A stretch of 64,000 bases of DNA from Verrucomicrobiales bacterium (GCA_005801385.1 SYEM01000307.1:198-64197), one strand, 5' to 3'. Shown: positions 1-9,562, numbered from the stretch's first letter. Program-made: numbers and translations. The notes: a model not told the origin generated them from the letters alone.

Positions 1-193
1 GGACGAACCCGGCCATCTTCAAGGCACGGACGCAGGCGTCCGCGTAGCGGGGCCCAACGGTGGTGTCGGTGACGATCGCACACCGCTCCCCGAGCTTCAG
101 ACGTCGGCAGTGGTCCCCCAGTTTCGCCAGGAGACCAGAACCGATATGGATCGTGTACGAGCGTGTCCCAAGGGACACCGGAACCGAACTCAT
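1..193 (-). CDS. aroB: 3-dehydroquinate synthase, N-terminal fragment (gene runs off the left edge)
   Basis: Not in the ORF track. The reverse complement from the ATG at 193 reads [64 protein letters not shown], a typical AroB N-terminus (YxIxIGxGLL ... vTDxtV). Only 64 aa are visible. Confidence 0.6.
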   Translation of the reverse strand, partial: MSSVPVSLGTRSYTIHIGSGLLAKLGDHCRRLKLGERCAIVTDTTVGPRYADACVRALKMAGFV

Positions 194-245
194 ACGTAGA
201 TCTTATGGGATTTCTGAGCCGGGCGGAAGTCCCGGCTTCAGGGCT

Positions 246-1664
246 CTACTTCCTGCGTTGGAAGATGTGGGTTGCCCTTCCCAGCGCCGCCTCGGCCGAC
301 TCCAGGATCGTCTCCGACAACGTCGGATGAGGATGGATCACCTGGGACAGCTGTTCCGCTGTGGCACCCGTCTGGACCGCCAAGGCCCCTTCGCCGATCA
401 GCTCACCTGCGCCGACACCCACAATGCCAACCCCAAGGATCCGTCGGGAACCGGGTTCCAGGATCAGCTTGGTGAGGCCGTCCACGCGGTCGAGGGTGAT
501 GGCGCGCCCCGAGGCGCCCCAAGGGAACTTGGCAATTTCCACCGGGGTTCCAGTCCGCGCCGCCTCCTGTTCAGTGAGCCCGACCCACGCCACCTCGGGA
601 TCCGTGAAGACGACTGCTGGGATGACGGGGGCCACCGCAGCGCCATGGGACCGTCCACAGATCCGGTCGGCCACAACCTTCGCTTCCCACGTCGCCTTGT
701 GGGCCAGCATCAGCCCCCCGGCCACATCACCGATCGCTAGTATGTTCGGGGCGGTGGTCTGGAGCTGGGCGTCCACATGGACGAAGCCCCGTTCATCCCG
801 TTCCACCCCAGTATTCTCCAGGCCAAGCCCCTCGGAATTGGGCACACGCCCCACAGAGACCAGGACTCGATCAAACTCCTCATCGACTTCCTTGCCGTCG
901 GTCTCGGAAGTCACCCGGACCCGGTCGGCCGACGGCTCCAGCCGAAGCACCCGGGACTTGAGCCGCACGGACTGGAAGGCCTTGCGCGCGAAGAGTCCCA
1001 CCGGTCGGACCAGATCGGGATCCGCCCCGGCGAGAAGGGCCTCCTGGGCCTCGATTACGGTGACCTTGGATCCGAGCGTGGCATAGACCGTTCCCAACTC
1101 CATGCCGATATACCCGCCCCCAACAATGAGCAGGCTGGCGGGAACGTCCGGCAGATCGAGCGCCTCGGTGGACGTCATGATGCGCGGACTGCCCAGATCA
1201 AAGGCCTTCGGCAACAGCGGACGCGATCCCGTCGCCAGGATCGCCTTCTGGAAGTGGAGGTGCTGGACCGCTCCATCCGCGCCGGCCACCCGGAGGGTCT
1301 GCGAGTCGATGAAGGTGGCCGTCCCCTGCATCACCTCGACGCCCCTCATCTTCGCCAGACCTGCGATGCCAACGCCCAGACGCTCGAGAATTCCATCCTT
1401 CCACTTCCGCAACCGGACGAGATCGAGGGTCGGCTCTCCAAAGGTAATCCCCCGGAGCGCCGATTCCTTCGCGGCCCGGATGGCATGGACCGCATTGAGA
1501 AGAGCCTTCGACGGGATGCAGCCCCGGTTCATGCAGACTCCGCCGAGTCGCGGATCGCGTTCCACAATCACCACCCTACGTCCCTGATCGGCCAGGCTGA
1601 ACGCGGCCGCGTAGCCGCCGGGTCCACCCCCAACCACAACAATGTCCTTCTCGATGCACTCCAT
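246..1664 (-). CDS. lpdA: dihydrolipoyl dehydrogenase (E3 component)
   Basis: 472 aa. FAD-binding motif VVVGGGPGGY, redox-active disulfide GGVCMNRGCIPSK, full-length pyridine nucleotide-disulfide oxidoreductase layout. Confidence 0.93.
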   Translation of the reverse strand: MECIEKDIVVVGGGPGGYAAAFSLADQGRRVVIVERDPRLGGVCMNRGCIPSKALLNAVHAIRAAKESALRGITFGEPTLDLVRLRKWKDGILERLGVGIAGLAKMRGVEVMQGTATFIDSQTLRVAGADGAVQHLHFQKAILATGSRPLLPKAFDLGSPRIMTSTEALDLPDVPASLLIVGGGYIGMELGTVYATLGSKVTVIEAQEALLAGADPDLVRPVGLFARKAFQSVRLKSRVLRLEPSADRVRVTSETDGKEVDEEFDRVLVSVGRVPNSEGLGLENTGVERDERGFVHVDAQLQTTAPNILAIGDVAGGLMLAHKATWEAKVVADRICGRSHGAAVAPVIPAVVFTDPEVAWVGLTEQEAARTGTPVEIAKFPWGASGRAITLDRVDGLTKLILEPGSRRILGVGIVGVGAGELIGEGALAVQTGATAEQLSQVIHPHPTLSETILESAEAALGRATHIFQRRK

Positions 1665-1747
1665 GATGGAGCGCGAAGTTACCGGTCGGTCTCGAGGGAA
1701 TCAGGCCAAAACTGGGGAAAACCAAGCCGACGCCGGGTCGGGATGAT

Positions 1748-2599
1748 TCACGCGGACAGCCGGGCCATGTTCGCCTCGAGCGCCTCGAGGTACTCGTTCC
1801 GGCCGGTGCCGGGGTTCTCGAGGAATCGGTGGACACCTTCCAGATCCGACTGCATCCGGGGCAGTGCATAGAACCTCCAGAATCCCGGCGTCTTCGCCAG
1901 CAGGTCCTCCACGGAGTCGAAGGTCTGGCCCTTGCGTCCAAAGCGCTCCTGATGTTGGGCCGACTCGGCAAACTCCCGGAACAAGAGCGGCAGTTTGTCG
2001 AGGTAGTCCGGGGCCGCCATCTGGGCCACGAGATCGGCAGTGCCCAAGGCGCGGCCGAGGAACGCCAGTTCCGGGGTTTCGAAGGCCACTGTCGAGACCT
2101 TCACCCCAAGGGCCGTGCACTGGATCATGCCCTGGATGGCCCGGACCGCCGGATCGCCGAAGCCCATAGAACGCAGCAGCGTCCCGGCCAGATCTGAGGA
2201 CCGATCGACATGGATGACCGTGTACTTGGCCCCGGTGCCCTCGGTGTCCTCCAGAGCGCGGAGGTATCCCGCGTCATGCAACAGCGAGGCGACGAGGGCC
2301 CATCGGACCGATTCCTCGGAACACACCGGCTGCCCCCCAAGCGCCGAGCGTCGTGCGATCAGGGTCATCAGGCAGACGGTCACCTCCAGCGTGTGCGGAA
2401 GATCGTGGTAGGGGGTGTCGAGTGCATGGAACTCCGGATTCCTTCCCGCAAAAGCATCGACCACCCGTCGGAGAACCGGCCGGACCTCGCCCAGATCCCG
2501 TCCGTAGAAGACCTCGGCAAACCCGAGTGCCAGGTGGTTTTCCACGGCGGCTGGGCTCTTCGTGTCGACGGCAAAAAGCACGCCGGACGAATAGCCCAA
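1748..2599 (-). CDS. HD-domain metal-dependent phosphohydrolase family protein
   Basis: 283 aa. H...HD pattern (YHDLPHTLEV ... ASLLHDAGY). Substrate unknown. Confidence 0.7.
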   Translation of the reverse strand: MGYSSGVLFAVDTKSPAAVENHLALGFAEVFYGRDLGEVRPVLRRVVDAFAGRNPEFHALDTPYHDLPHTLEVTVCLMTLIARRSALGGQPVCSEESVRWALVASLLHDAGYLRALEDTEGTGAKYTVIHVDRSSDLAGTLLRSMGFGDPAVRAIQGMIQCTALGVKVSTVAFETPELAFLGRALGTADLVAQMAAPDYLDKLPLLFREFAESAQHQERFGRKGQTFDSVEDLLAKTPGFWRFYALPRMQSDLEGVHRFLENPGTGRNEYLEALEANMARLSA

Positions 2600-2718
2600 T
2601 ACCGAGCACGGGTCACGGCTATTGTCCCGTCGGAGGCGATCCCGAAACCGGGAGCCCTCGAAACCGATCTGGAACTTGAGAAGCAGTCCCGAATCAAGAC
2701 TATTGGTTCTTCTCAGCC

Positions 2719-3771
2719 ATGCCCGCCCATCCCTCCACCGGACACGAATTCACCACGGTCTTCGGACGCAACCTGGTCGCAGAAATCCCCAACATCGCGC
2801 TCCGCCCCTGCCTCGTCGTCACCATGGAGGACCTCTGGCCGCGGTTCGCCGACCGGTTCGCCGGACAGGTCACCCCCTACCTGGTCCGCACCATCGACGG
2901 CGACGCCCTCGCCCAGGAACTGCCGTCGATCCCGCCCTCAGCCTCCGTGGTTGGTCTGGGTGGAGGTCAGGCGATCGATGTTGCCAAGTACATCGCCTGG
3001 CAGCGCCGGGCCCCGCTCTTCCAGATCCCGACTGCGATGACCGTCGACGCCCCGTTCGGTCAGCGCTCGGGACTCCGTTTCGGCGGCCATGTGAAGTACA
3101 TCGGCTGGGCTATACCCGAGGCGGTCTACGTCGACTTCGACGTCATCCAGTCGGCCCCTGCCGCGCTAAACCGCAGCGGAATCTGCGAGATCCTCTGCTT
3201 CCACACCGCGCATGCCGACTGGCGGCTCGCACGGGACCGGGGGTTGACCGAGCCCCAGTGGCCCTACGACGAGGCCCGGGTCGCAGAGGCGAAGGCCGTG
3301 ATGGACGGACTCCTGCCCCAGCTCGACGAAGTCTCCAGGGTCAGCGAGGCCGGGATCCGAGGACTCATGACCGCGATGCGCTGGGCGGGTGCCTCCTTCC
3401 ACAACGCCGGCTGGAACCCGCGTCACATCGAGGGGGTGGAACACTTCATCTTCTATGCACTGGAGTACTACACCGGACGGAAATTCATCCACGGCCAACC
3501 GGTGTGCCTCGGCATCGTGGCCGGGTCGATGCTCCACCGCGATGGCGCCGATGAGATGCTCGAACGGATCCATCGTGTGGGGGTGGATATCCGTCCGGAG
3601 GCCATGGGACTGACCTGGGCCCAGGTGGAACACGCGCTCGTGAACCTCCGCACATTCGTGCGGGAGGCCGGGCTCTGGTACGGGATCGCCCACGAAGCCG
3701 AGATCACACCCCAGTTCGTCACGGAGCTGCGCGAACGGATCACCGCCCTGTATGGGCCCTGGACCGCATGA
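2719..3771 (+). CDS. iron-containing alcohol dehydrogenase superfamily protein, sn-glycerol-1-phosphate dehydrogenase/AraM-like
   Basis: 350 aa. GLGGGQAIDVAKYIAW nucleotide-binding loop, IPTAMTVDAP, and CFHTAHADWRLA resembling the G1PDH tA..DW.LA motif rather than DHQS. Its stop overlaps the next start (ATGA at 3768-3771). Confidence 0.75.
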   Translation: MPAHPSTGHEFTTVFGRNLVAEIPNIALRPCLVVTMEDLWPRFADRFAGQVTPYLVRTIDGDALAQELPSIPPSASVVGLGGGQAIDVAKYIAWQRRAPLFQIPTAMTVDAPFGQRSGLRFGGHVKYIGWAIPEAVYVDFDVIQSAPAALNRSGICEILCFHTAHADWRLARDRGLTEPQWPYDEARVAEAKAVMDGLLPQLDEVSRVSEAGIRGLMTAMRWAGASFHNAGWNPRHIEGVEHFIFYALEYYTGRKFIHGQPVCLGIVAGSMLHRDGADEMLERIHRVGVDIRPEAMGLTWAQVEHALVNLRTFVREAGLWYGIAHEAEITPQFVTELRERITALYGPWTA

Positions 3772-5213
3772 GTCTGTCAGACCGCGACGCCCAGGATCTC
3801 GTCGGGTTCGGTTACGCCCAGCAGCTGCGGCGAACGCTGGGCGGCTTCTCCAGCTTCGCGGTCGCGTTCTCGCTGATCTCGGTCTTCACCGGGGTATTCG
3901 CCAATTTCGGACACGGCCTGCGGCAGGTCGGGGGCGCCGTGGTGTGGTCGTGGCTCATCGTGCTGGCCGGACAGTCGCTGGTCGCCTGGGTCATGGCCGA
4001 TCTCGCCCGCCGCATCCCGCTCTCGGGGTATGGCTACCAGTGGTCGAGCCGGCTCGTTAGTCCCCACTTCGGATTCGCGGTGGGATGGCTGCTCCTTCTG
4101 CAGCTGCTGACTGGATTTCCCGGGATCTGCTCCACGCTCGCCAGCCAGATCACCGGGGCGTTCGGGCTCGGCAGCGGCGCGGGTGTCCGCGTGGCCACGA
4201 CCCTCGGGGTGATCACACTGGTGACCCTGACGCAGCTCTGGGGACTCCGCATCGCGGGCCGGGTCAATGATGTCGGGGTCTGGACGGAACTCCTGGGAGT
4301 CGGGGGCATCAGCGTGGTGCTGATCGGGCTCGCACTGCGGGTGGGGCATCTCCCCAGCGCGTGGTTCGACGCCCGGGAAGCCGCATCGGGGACCGTCGCG
4401 GGTCCGTCGGCCTGGGCGCTGTCGCTGCTGCTCGGGGCGTGGTGTCTGACGGGGTTCGAGGCGGCGGCCGATCTTGCCGAGGAGACGGTGGACCCACGGC
4501 GCACGGTACCCCGGGCCATGATGGGCTCGCTGCTGGGTTCCGGGCTCGCGGGATTCGCACTGTTGGCCGGGGCGGTGGGCTGCATCCGGGACCTTCCGGT
4601 GGCCCAGGCCTCCGACAACCCCCTGCTGGACATTCTACGGCAGACCACTGGCGGGGCCCTGCCTCTCGTCCTGGGGATCGTGGCCCTCTCCATCTTCGCC
4701 TGCGCCCTCGCCTGCATGGCCGCCACGAGCCGGCTGCTCTTCGCGCTGGGACGAGACCGCATGCTGCCGGGATCCGGCTGGCTGTCCCGGGTGGAATCCG
4801 GCGCCCAGAACCCGCGGAACGCGCTGCTCTTCATCTGGGCGGTGTCTTCCGCCGTGGTCCTCGGCGTACCAACCCTGGACCTCGTCACCCAGATCTCCGC
4901 GGTCGCCGGCTACCTGGGATATGCCGGGATCATGGGTGCCGCTCTGCTGATGCGACCTCCCACAGGGACAGCAGCACCCGGTCAGGGGCACTTCTGGATC
5001 CGACCCATCGCCGTCTGTGCATTCCTGTGGGCCTGGGTCGTGGTCGGGGCATTGACCCTCACCCCGACGTCCCTTCCCGGGATCACGACGCTCCACCTGC
5101 CCGCGTTCTCAACGGGCGGCGGGGTCCTCCTCGGTCTCTTCCTCTATCTCGGATGCGTCCGAGGACGCCTCCAGCGGGGTGAGGCCGGCCCGCCCAAACA
5201 CTCCGATCCATGA
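3768..5213 (+). CDS. APC-family (amino acid/polyamine/organocation) permease
   Basis: 481 aa, about 12 predicted hydrophobic helices, APC-type N-terminus (LRRTLGGFSSFAVAFSLISVFTG). ATGA overlaps at both ends. Confidence 0.85.
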   Translation: MSLSDRDAQDLVGFGYAQQLRRTLGGFSSFAVAFSLISVFTGVFANFGHGLRQVGGAVVWSWLIVLAGQSLVAWVMADLARRIPLSGYGYQWSSRLVSPHFGFAVGWLLLLQLLTGFPGICSTLASQITGAFGLGSGAGVRVATTLGVITLVTLTQLWGLRIAGRVNDVGVWTELLGVGGISVVLIGLALRVGHLPSAWFDAREAASGTVAGPSAWALSLLLGAWCLTGFEAAADLAEETVDPRRTVPRAMMGSLLGSGLAGFALLAGAVGCIRDLPVAQASDNPLLDILRQTTGGALPLVLGIVALSIFACALACMAATSRLLFALGRDRMLPGSGWLSRVESGAQNPRNALLFIWAVSSAVVLGVPTLDLVTQISAVAGYLGYAGIMGAALLMRPPTGTAAPGQGHFWIRPIAVCAFLWAWVVVGALTLTPTSLPGITTLHLPAFSTGGGVLLGLFLYLGCVRGRLQRGEAGPPKHSDP

Positions 5214-6616
5214 ATCCTGAGTCGAACCCCGCAGCCCGACCGAAACGACCGCCGTATCGGGAACTCCCGCCGGAGTTTCCGGGGGCCGCACGCTATGCCG
5301 AGGAGGAACTCGAAGCCGTCACGCGAGTGGTCCGGAACCGATCACCCTTCCGCTACTACGGACCCCGGTTCGGGGGCGAGGTCCGCGGTCTGGAACGAGA
5401 GTTCGCCCGGTTTCTGGCAAGTGAACCCGGTCAGCCGTGGCCGGAGACCACACCGTTCCATGTGACGGCCGTGAACTCCGGCACCGGAGCCCTAGAGGTT
5501 GCGCTCGATGCCCTCGGCGTCGGGGAAGGCGACGAGGTGCTGGTCCAGGGGTTCATGTGGATCTCCAGCATTTCCGCAATCGTTCGCCAGCGGGCGATCC
5601 CGGTGCTGGTGGATTCCGACGACACCCTCAACATGGATCCGGCGGAGATCCGACGTCGGGTCAGCCCCAGAACACGTGTGGTGATGCCGGTGCCGATGCT
5701 GGGCGGCTGCGCCCGGATCGGAGCTCTCATGGCCACGGTACGGGAACTCAATGTCGAGCGGGCCAGGGACGGACTCCCTGCGATCCGGGTCCTGGAGGAC
5801 TGCGCCCAGTCGATGGGCGCGCATGCCTTCGGCACGCCTGGGTCCGTGACACCCACCGCGTCTGAAGGCATCCACCGTGTGGGCACCTTCGGCGACGCCG
5901 CCATCTTCAGCCTCCAGATCAACACGAACATCACCGCCGGCGAGGGCGGACTCGTCGTCTCGCGCGATCCCGGAATCGCGCGCCGCATCGAGGCTCTTCA
6001 CAACGCCGGGTACGCCAGGGATGGTGAAACGCCCACGAACTGGTACGGCGACACGCCCATCGGCTGGGGCCATGGCCGACGCCTCGGGGAGATCCAAGGC
6101 GCCCTCGCGCGGGTCCAGCTCCGTCGACTCGACCCGCTCCTGCAGGCGATGCGATCGAGTCACGATCGGATCGAAGCCCACCTGCGATCCCTGGGACTGG
6201 CCACCCGAGCCCGGGCTGATGCCACCAACCCGGGCGACACCGGGTACTATTGCCAGTTCCATCTCCCGGAACGGGGCGACGGGGATGAGGCGCGCATCCG
6301 CAGAGGCCGCGCCGTCGCCGCCGCTCTGGGGGAGTTCGGACTCCGCCCGTGGTTCCTCCACGATTTCGAGGTCCACGTGTACTACAACATCGAGCCGCTC
6401 GTGGGCCGCTGGCCGCTCAATGGAGGGGGCCCCTGGCCGGAGGCCACGGGGGCACGGGACAGCCGATATGGATACAACCGCGGCACCCTGCCACACCTCG
6501 ACCGATGGCTGACCTCGACCGTCGGGATCAACATCCCGAGCGTGCTCAACCCAGAGGACGAGGCCTACGTCCGGGCCGCCCTGTCCTGGGTCGTGGCCAC
6601 AACGGTCAGAGCGTAG
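5210..6616 (+). CDS. DegT/DnrJ/EryC1/StrS-family PLP/PMP-dependent enzyme (atypical: no active-site Lys)
   Basis: 468 aa. NSGTGALEVAL, LEDCAQSMGA, GDAAIFSLQINTNITAGEGGLVVS. The family fold is clear, but the Lys normally 6 residues before the Glu of GEGG is Thr (codon ACG, 5924-5926). Confidence 0.85.
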   Translation: MNPESNPAARPKRPPYRELPPEFPGAARYAEEELEAVTRVVRNRSPFRYYGPRFGGEVRGLEREFARFLASEPGQPWPETTPFHVTAVNSGTGALEVALDALGVGEGDEVLVQGFMWISSISAIVRQRAIPVLVDSDDTLNMDPAEIRRRVSPRTRVVMPVPMLGGCARIGALMATVRELNVERARDGLPAIRVLEDCAQSMGAHAFGTPGSVTPTASEGIHRVGTFGDAAIFSLQINTNITAGEGGLVVSRDPGIARRIEALHNAGYARDGETPTNWYGDTPIGWGHGRRLGEIQGALARVQLRRLDPLLQAMRSSHDRIEAHLRSLGLATRARADATNPGDTGYYCQFHLPERGDGDEARIRRGRAVAAALGEFGLRPWFLHDFEVHVYYNIEPLVGRWPLNGGGPWPEATGARDSRYGYNRGTLPHLDRWLTSTVGINIPSVLNPEDEAYVRAALSWVVATTVRA

Positions 6617-6644
6617 AGGGCCCTTCTCCCTCCGCGCCATCCTC

Positions 6645-7220
6645 TCATGGCTCGAGCCACGATCCAGTCCAGCCGGCACCCTCCCGTTTGAATCCCGCAC
6701 GGCGGTGGCCTCCTTCCCGAAGCCACAGCCAGTCGAGACGTTCGATGCGTCCGATCAGGACGGCGAACTGGTGGGCGCTGCCCAGGGAGAGGACCCGCCC
6801 AGCACCCGGGGCTTCCAGTCCCTCGCCGGGCGCCTTTTCCGACAGGTAGTTCGACCGGTTCGCCTCCGGCAACCGATGCCAATACGTATCCACCACGGTG
6901 TCCTCGACATGGACCCGGACCTCTGTGAAGGCACGCAGCTGGACCTGTTGCTTGGGATCGTAGAAGACCCACACGGCACGCCGATGGTGTCGCAGCTCGG
7001 ACACCTTCAGTGCGCGCCGATCCGAGAAGGCCATCAGCTCGTGGCCGGGCCGTGTCACGCCCCTCAGCACAACGGTCCGGGCGTTGGCGCCATGGCTGCT
7101 GGAGGTGGCCAGGACGGGTAGGCGCCAGGGGTGATCCCGGTCGCCATCGATCCGCGCCAGTTCGGTCCAGATGTGTTCCAACAGGTCCGGCAGCGATTCC
7201 GTGTCCCAGGGGCGAGTCAT
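6645..7220 (-). CDS. pyridoxamine 5'-phosphate oxidase-like FMN-binding family protein
   Basis: The track ORF 6645-7385 is trimmed to the internal Met (MTRPWDTESLPDLLEHIW...), giving 191 aa. PNPOx-like split-barrel pattern and a C-terminal W..WLEP resembling the PdxH W..RL.P ending. Confidence 0.65.
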   Translation of the reverse strand: MTRPWDTESLPDLLEHIWTELARIDGDRDHPWRLPVLATSSSHGANARTVVLRGVTRPGHELMAFSDRRALKVSELRHHRRAVWVFYDPKQQVQLRAFTEVRVHVEDTVVDTYWHRLPEANRSNYLSEKAPGEGLEAPGAGRVLSLGSAHQFAVLIGRIERLDWLWLREGGHRRAGFKREGAGWTGSWLEP

Positions 7221-7430
7221 GCTTCCCCGACACTGGGTCGACCCCGGATGGGACGCAAACCCGGCGGTACGGGAACGCCAACGGAGGCACCCCAGGGGTG
7301 GGCGTTGTCGGGGCCAGTGATGGACGGCACTGCATCCCCCACCGGCACAGGCCTCTGGCCAGTTGAAGCCCTCGACCCACCCCAACTCTCAACTTCTCAC
7401 CCCGCCTCCACGCCCCGATAGTCCGCAGCC

Positions 7431-8168
7431 GTGAGCGGGAGCCTGGTCGTCAACGAGATCTATCTGAGCCTGCAGGGGGAAAGCACCTTTGCTGGGTTGC
7501 CCTGCATTTTTGTGCGACTGACCGGGTGCAACCTTCGCTGTTCGTACTGCGACACCGCCTACGCCTTCACTGAGGGATCCCGACGGCCCGTCGACGAGGT
7601 CCGGGCGGAAATCCATCGCCTCGCGGCTTCGTACGCCGATGCCCGCATCGATGGCCATCGCCTGCCTCTCGTGGAATTCACCGGTGGGGAACCCCTGCTC
7701 CAGGCTGCCGCGCCGACGCTGATGCGCGACCTGTGCGACGACGGATTCACGGTGCTGGTCGAGACCAGCGGGAACCCGGACATCGGGGTCCTCGATCCCA
7801 GGGTCCGACGCATCATGGACCTCAAGACGCCCAGCAGCGGCGAGTCGGGACGGATCCGCTGGGAGAACCTCCCGCTACTGCGTCCGACCGACGAGGTGAA
7901 GTTCGTGATCGCCACCCGCGAGGACTACCTTTGGGCGAAGTCCACCATCGCCGAGCACCGCCTCGTCGAACGGTGCCCCCTGCTCCTCTCCTGGGCGGCT
8001 CCCCTCGCCGCACACCAACGGGACAAGTCCCTCAAGGCCGTGCCCGAGGGCCATACGTCGCTGACCCGGTCCGAACTGGTCGAGGCGATCATCGAGGACC
8101 GACTTCCCGTGCGGTTCCAGCTCCAGATGCACAAGTTCATCTGGCCCCCGGACCAGAGAGGCGTCTGA
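7431..8168 (+). CDS. queE: 7-carboxy-7-deazaguanine synthase (radical SAM)
   Basis: 245 aa, GTG start. NEIYLSLQGESTFAGLPCIFVRLTGCNLRCSYCDT is the QueE N-terminal signature including CxxxCxxC. Confidence 0.9.
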   Translation: MSGSLVVNEIYLSLQGESTFAGLPCIFVRLTGCNLRCSYCDTAYAFTEGSRRPVDEVRAEIHRLAASYADARIDGHRLPLVEFTGGEPLLQAAAPTLMRDLCDDGFTVLVETSGNPDIGVLDPRVRRIMDLKTPSSGESGRIRWENLPLLRPTDEVKFVIATREDYLWAKSTIAEHRLVERCPLLLSWAAPLAAHQRDKSLKAVPEGHTSLTRSELVEAIIEDRLPVRFQLQMHKFIWPPDQRGV

Positions 8169-8179
8169 GTCCGCACCCA

Positions 8180-9562
8180 ATGTCCCAAACCCGCGCCATC
8201 ACGCTCGCGCAGCTGCGCCGATATGAGTCGCGCAACGTGACCTTCGTCGATCCCGACGGCTCTTGGCCGATTGTCTGGGATCGGGCGAAGGGATGCCATG
8301 TCTGGGACACGGAGGGCCGGCAGTATCTGGACCTGACAGCGGCCTTCGGCGTCGCCGCGGCGGGCCACGCCAATCCTTCCGTTGTCCGCGCGGGACAACG
8401 TCAAATGGGCCACCTCCTGCACGCCATGGGGGATGTCCACCCCCACGCACTGAAGGGGGAACTGGCCCGGGAACTGAGCCGCTGGACCTTTGAGCGATGG
8501 ACGGCAGAGCGGCCATCCCGCCAACGGCTCCACGGCAAGACCGTCTTCGGCACCTCGGGCTTCGAGGCGGTCGAGATCGCCCTGAAGACGGCACGGCTCG
8601 CCACCGGCCGTTCGGGAATCCTCGCCTTCGACGGAGGGTATCATGGACTCGGCTACGGGGCGCTGAACGCCACCTCGCGAGCCCTCTTCCGGGAACCGTT
8701 CCGGAACCAGCTGAAGGAATTCGGGACCTTTCTGCCGTGGCCCCCGTGCTGGACCTTTGACTGCTCCTGCCCTGCTGCCACCTGCCAGCCCCTGGCGCGT
8801 CTGGAGACGGACCTGCGGCGACACCTCCGCACGGGAACCATCGGAGCGATCCTCGTCGAACCGGTCCAGGCGCGGGGAGGAATCCGGATTCCCCATCCGG
8901 CGTTCCTACCGCTGCTCCGGGAGATGGCCACCGAATACGGGGTCCTGCTGATCCTCGACGAGATCTACACCGGGTTTGGCAGGACCGGCCGCTGGTTTGC
9001 GACGGAACACACCCGTGTCGTGCCGGATCTGATCTGCCTCGGCAAAGCCCTGACCGGAGGCTTCCCACTGTCGGCCTGCGTGGGTCGGTCTGATGTGATG
9101 GACCAGTGGCCCCCGAGCCACGGTGAGGCGATCCACACCAGCACCTTCCTGGGCCATCCCGTCGGCTGCGCCATGGCCCTCGCCCAGCTGAAGGAACTCG
9201 AGCGACGAGAACTCCCGGAGCGGAGCGCCCGCCTGGGAACGGTGCTGATCGAGGCCCTCCGTCGGATTCCCTCCCGATTCGGCGACCTCGAACTCCGGGT
9301 CCGAGGCCTGGGGCTGATGGCCGGCATCGAGCTGAGACGTGCCGGCCGGCCGGCCGGGAAGGAATCGATCGAGGCCATGAAGCGTCTGCTCCACGAGGGA
9401 TTCGTGGTCCTTCCCGAAGGCGAATACGGCGAGGTGCTGAGCCTGACCCCACCGCTCACCCTCCCAAGGGGGGAACTCCTGCGAACGGTCGATGCAATCG
9501 GAACCGTCCTTGAAGAGATCGCCCGCCCTCGCACCCGAACCCGGAAGGCACGCCGCCCATGA
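8180..9562 (+). CDS. class-III PLP-dependent aminotransferase (BioA/ArgD/GabT-like)
   Basis: The track ORF 7733-9562 is trimmed to the ATG at 8180 (MSQTRAITLAQL...), just after the queE stop. DEIYTGFGRTGRWFATEH and the LGKALTGGFPLSA PLP-lysine motif. Specific substrate not assignable. Confidence 0.85.
   Translation: MSQTRAITLAQLRRYESRNVTFVDPDGSWPIVWDRAKGCHVWDTEGRQYLDLTAAFGVAAAGHANPSVVRAGQRQMGHLLHAMGDVHPHALKGELARELSRWTFERWTAERPSRQRLHGKTVFGTSGFEAVEIALKTARLATGRSGILAFDGGYHGLGYGALNATSRALFREPFRNQLKEFGTFLPWPPCWTFDCSCPAATCQPLARLETDLRRHLRTGTIGAILVEPVQARGGIRIPHPAFLPLLREMATEYGVLLILDEIYTGFGRTGRWFATEHTRVVPDLICLGKALTGGFPLSACVGRSDVMDQWPPSHGEAIHTSTFLGHPVGCAMALAQLKELERRELPERSARLGTVLIEALRRIPSRFGDLELRVRGLGLMAGIELRRAGRPAGKESIEAMKRLLHEGFVVLPEGEYGEVLSLTPPLTLPRGELLRTVDAIGTVLEEIARPRTRTRKARRP

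Noticed and set aside
5492-6700. 402-aa minus-strand ORF antisense to the DegT-like gene. Similar long ORFs: 8199-9452(-), 10306-11340(-), 15393-16646(-), 20238-21614(-), 22193-23473(-), 24978-26039(-), 26204-27703(-), 27654-29246(+), 59658-60674(-).
   Set aside because: All lie opposite or out of frame to genes with clear family signatures. Their products are Arg/Pro/Gly-rich low-complexity strings, and stop codons are rare in about 70% GC DNA. These are typical shadow ORFs.
7221-7430. Possible preQ1 riboswitch in the 210-nt region upstream of queE.
   Set aside because: I found no match to the short preQ1-I/II consensus (no AGAGGTTC...CCCTCTATAAAAAACTAA-like element). The region is C-rich without an obvious pseudoknot.
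7733-8179. N-terminal extensions of track ORFs (7733-, 12165-, 15183-, 18939-, 58100-, 59041-, 52476-, and 61116-62771 on the minus strand).
   Set aside because: The extensions overlap the preceding real gene or are low-complexity. A conserved N-terminus or signal peptide begins at an internal start codon in each case.
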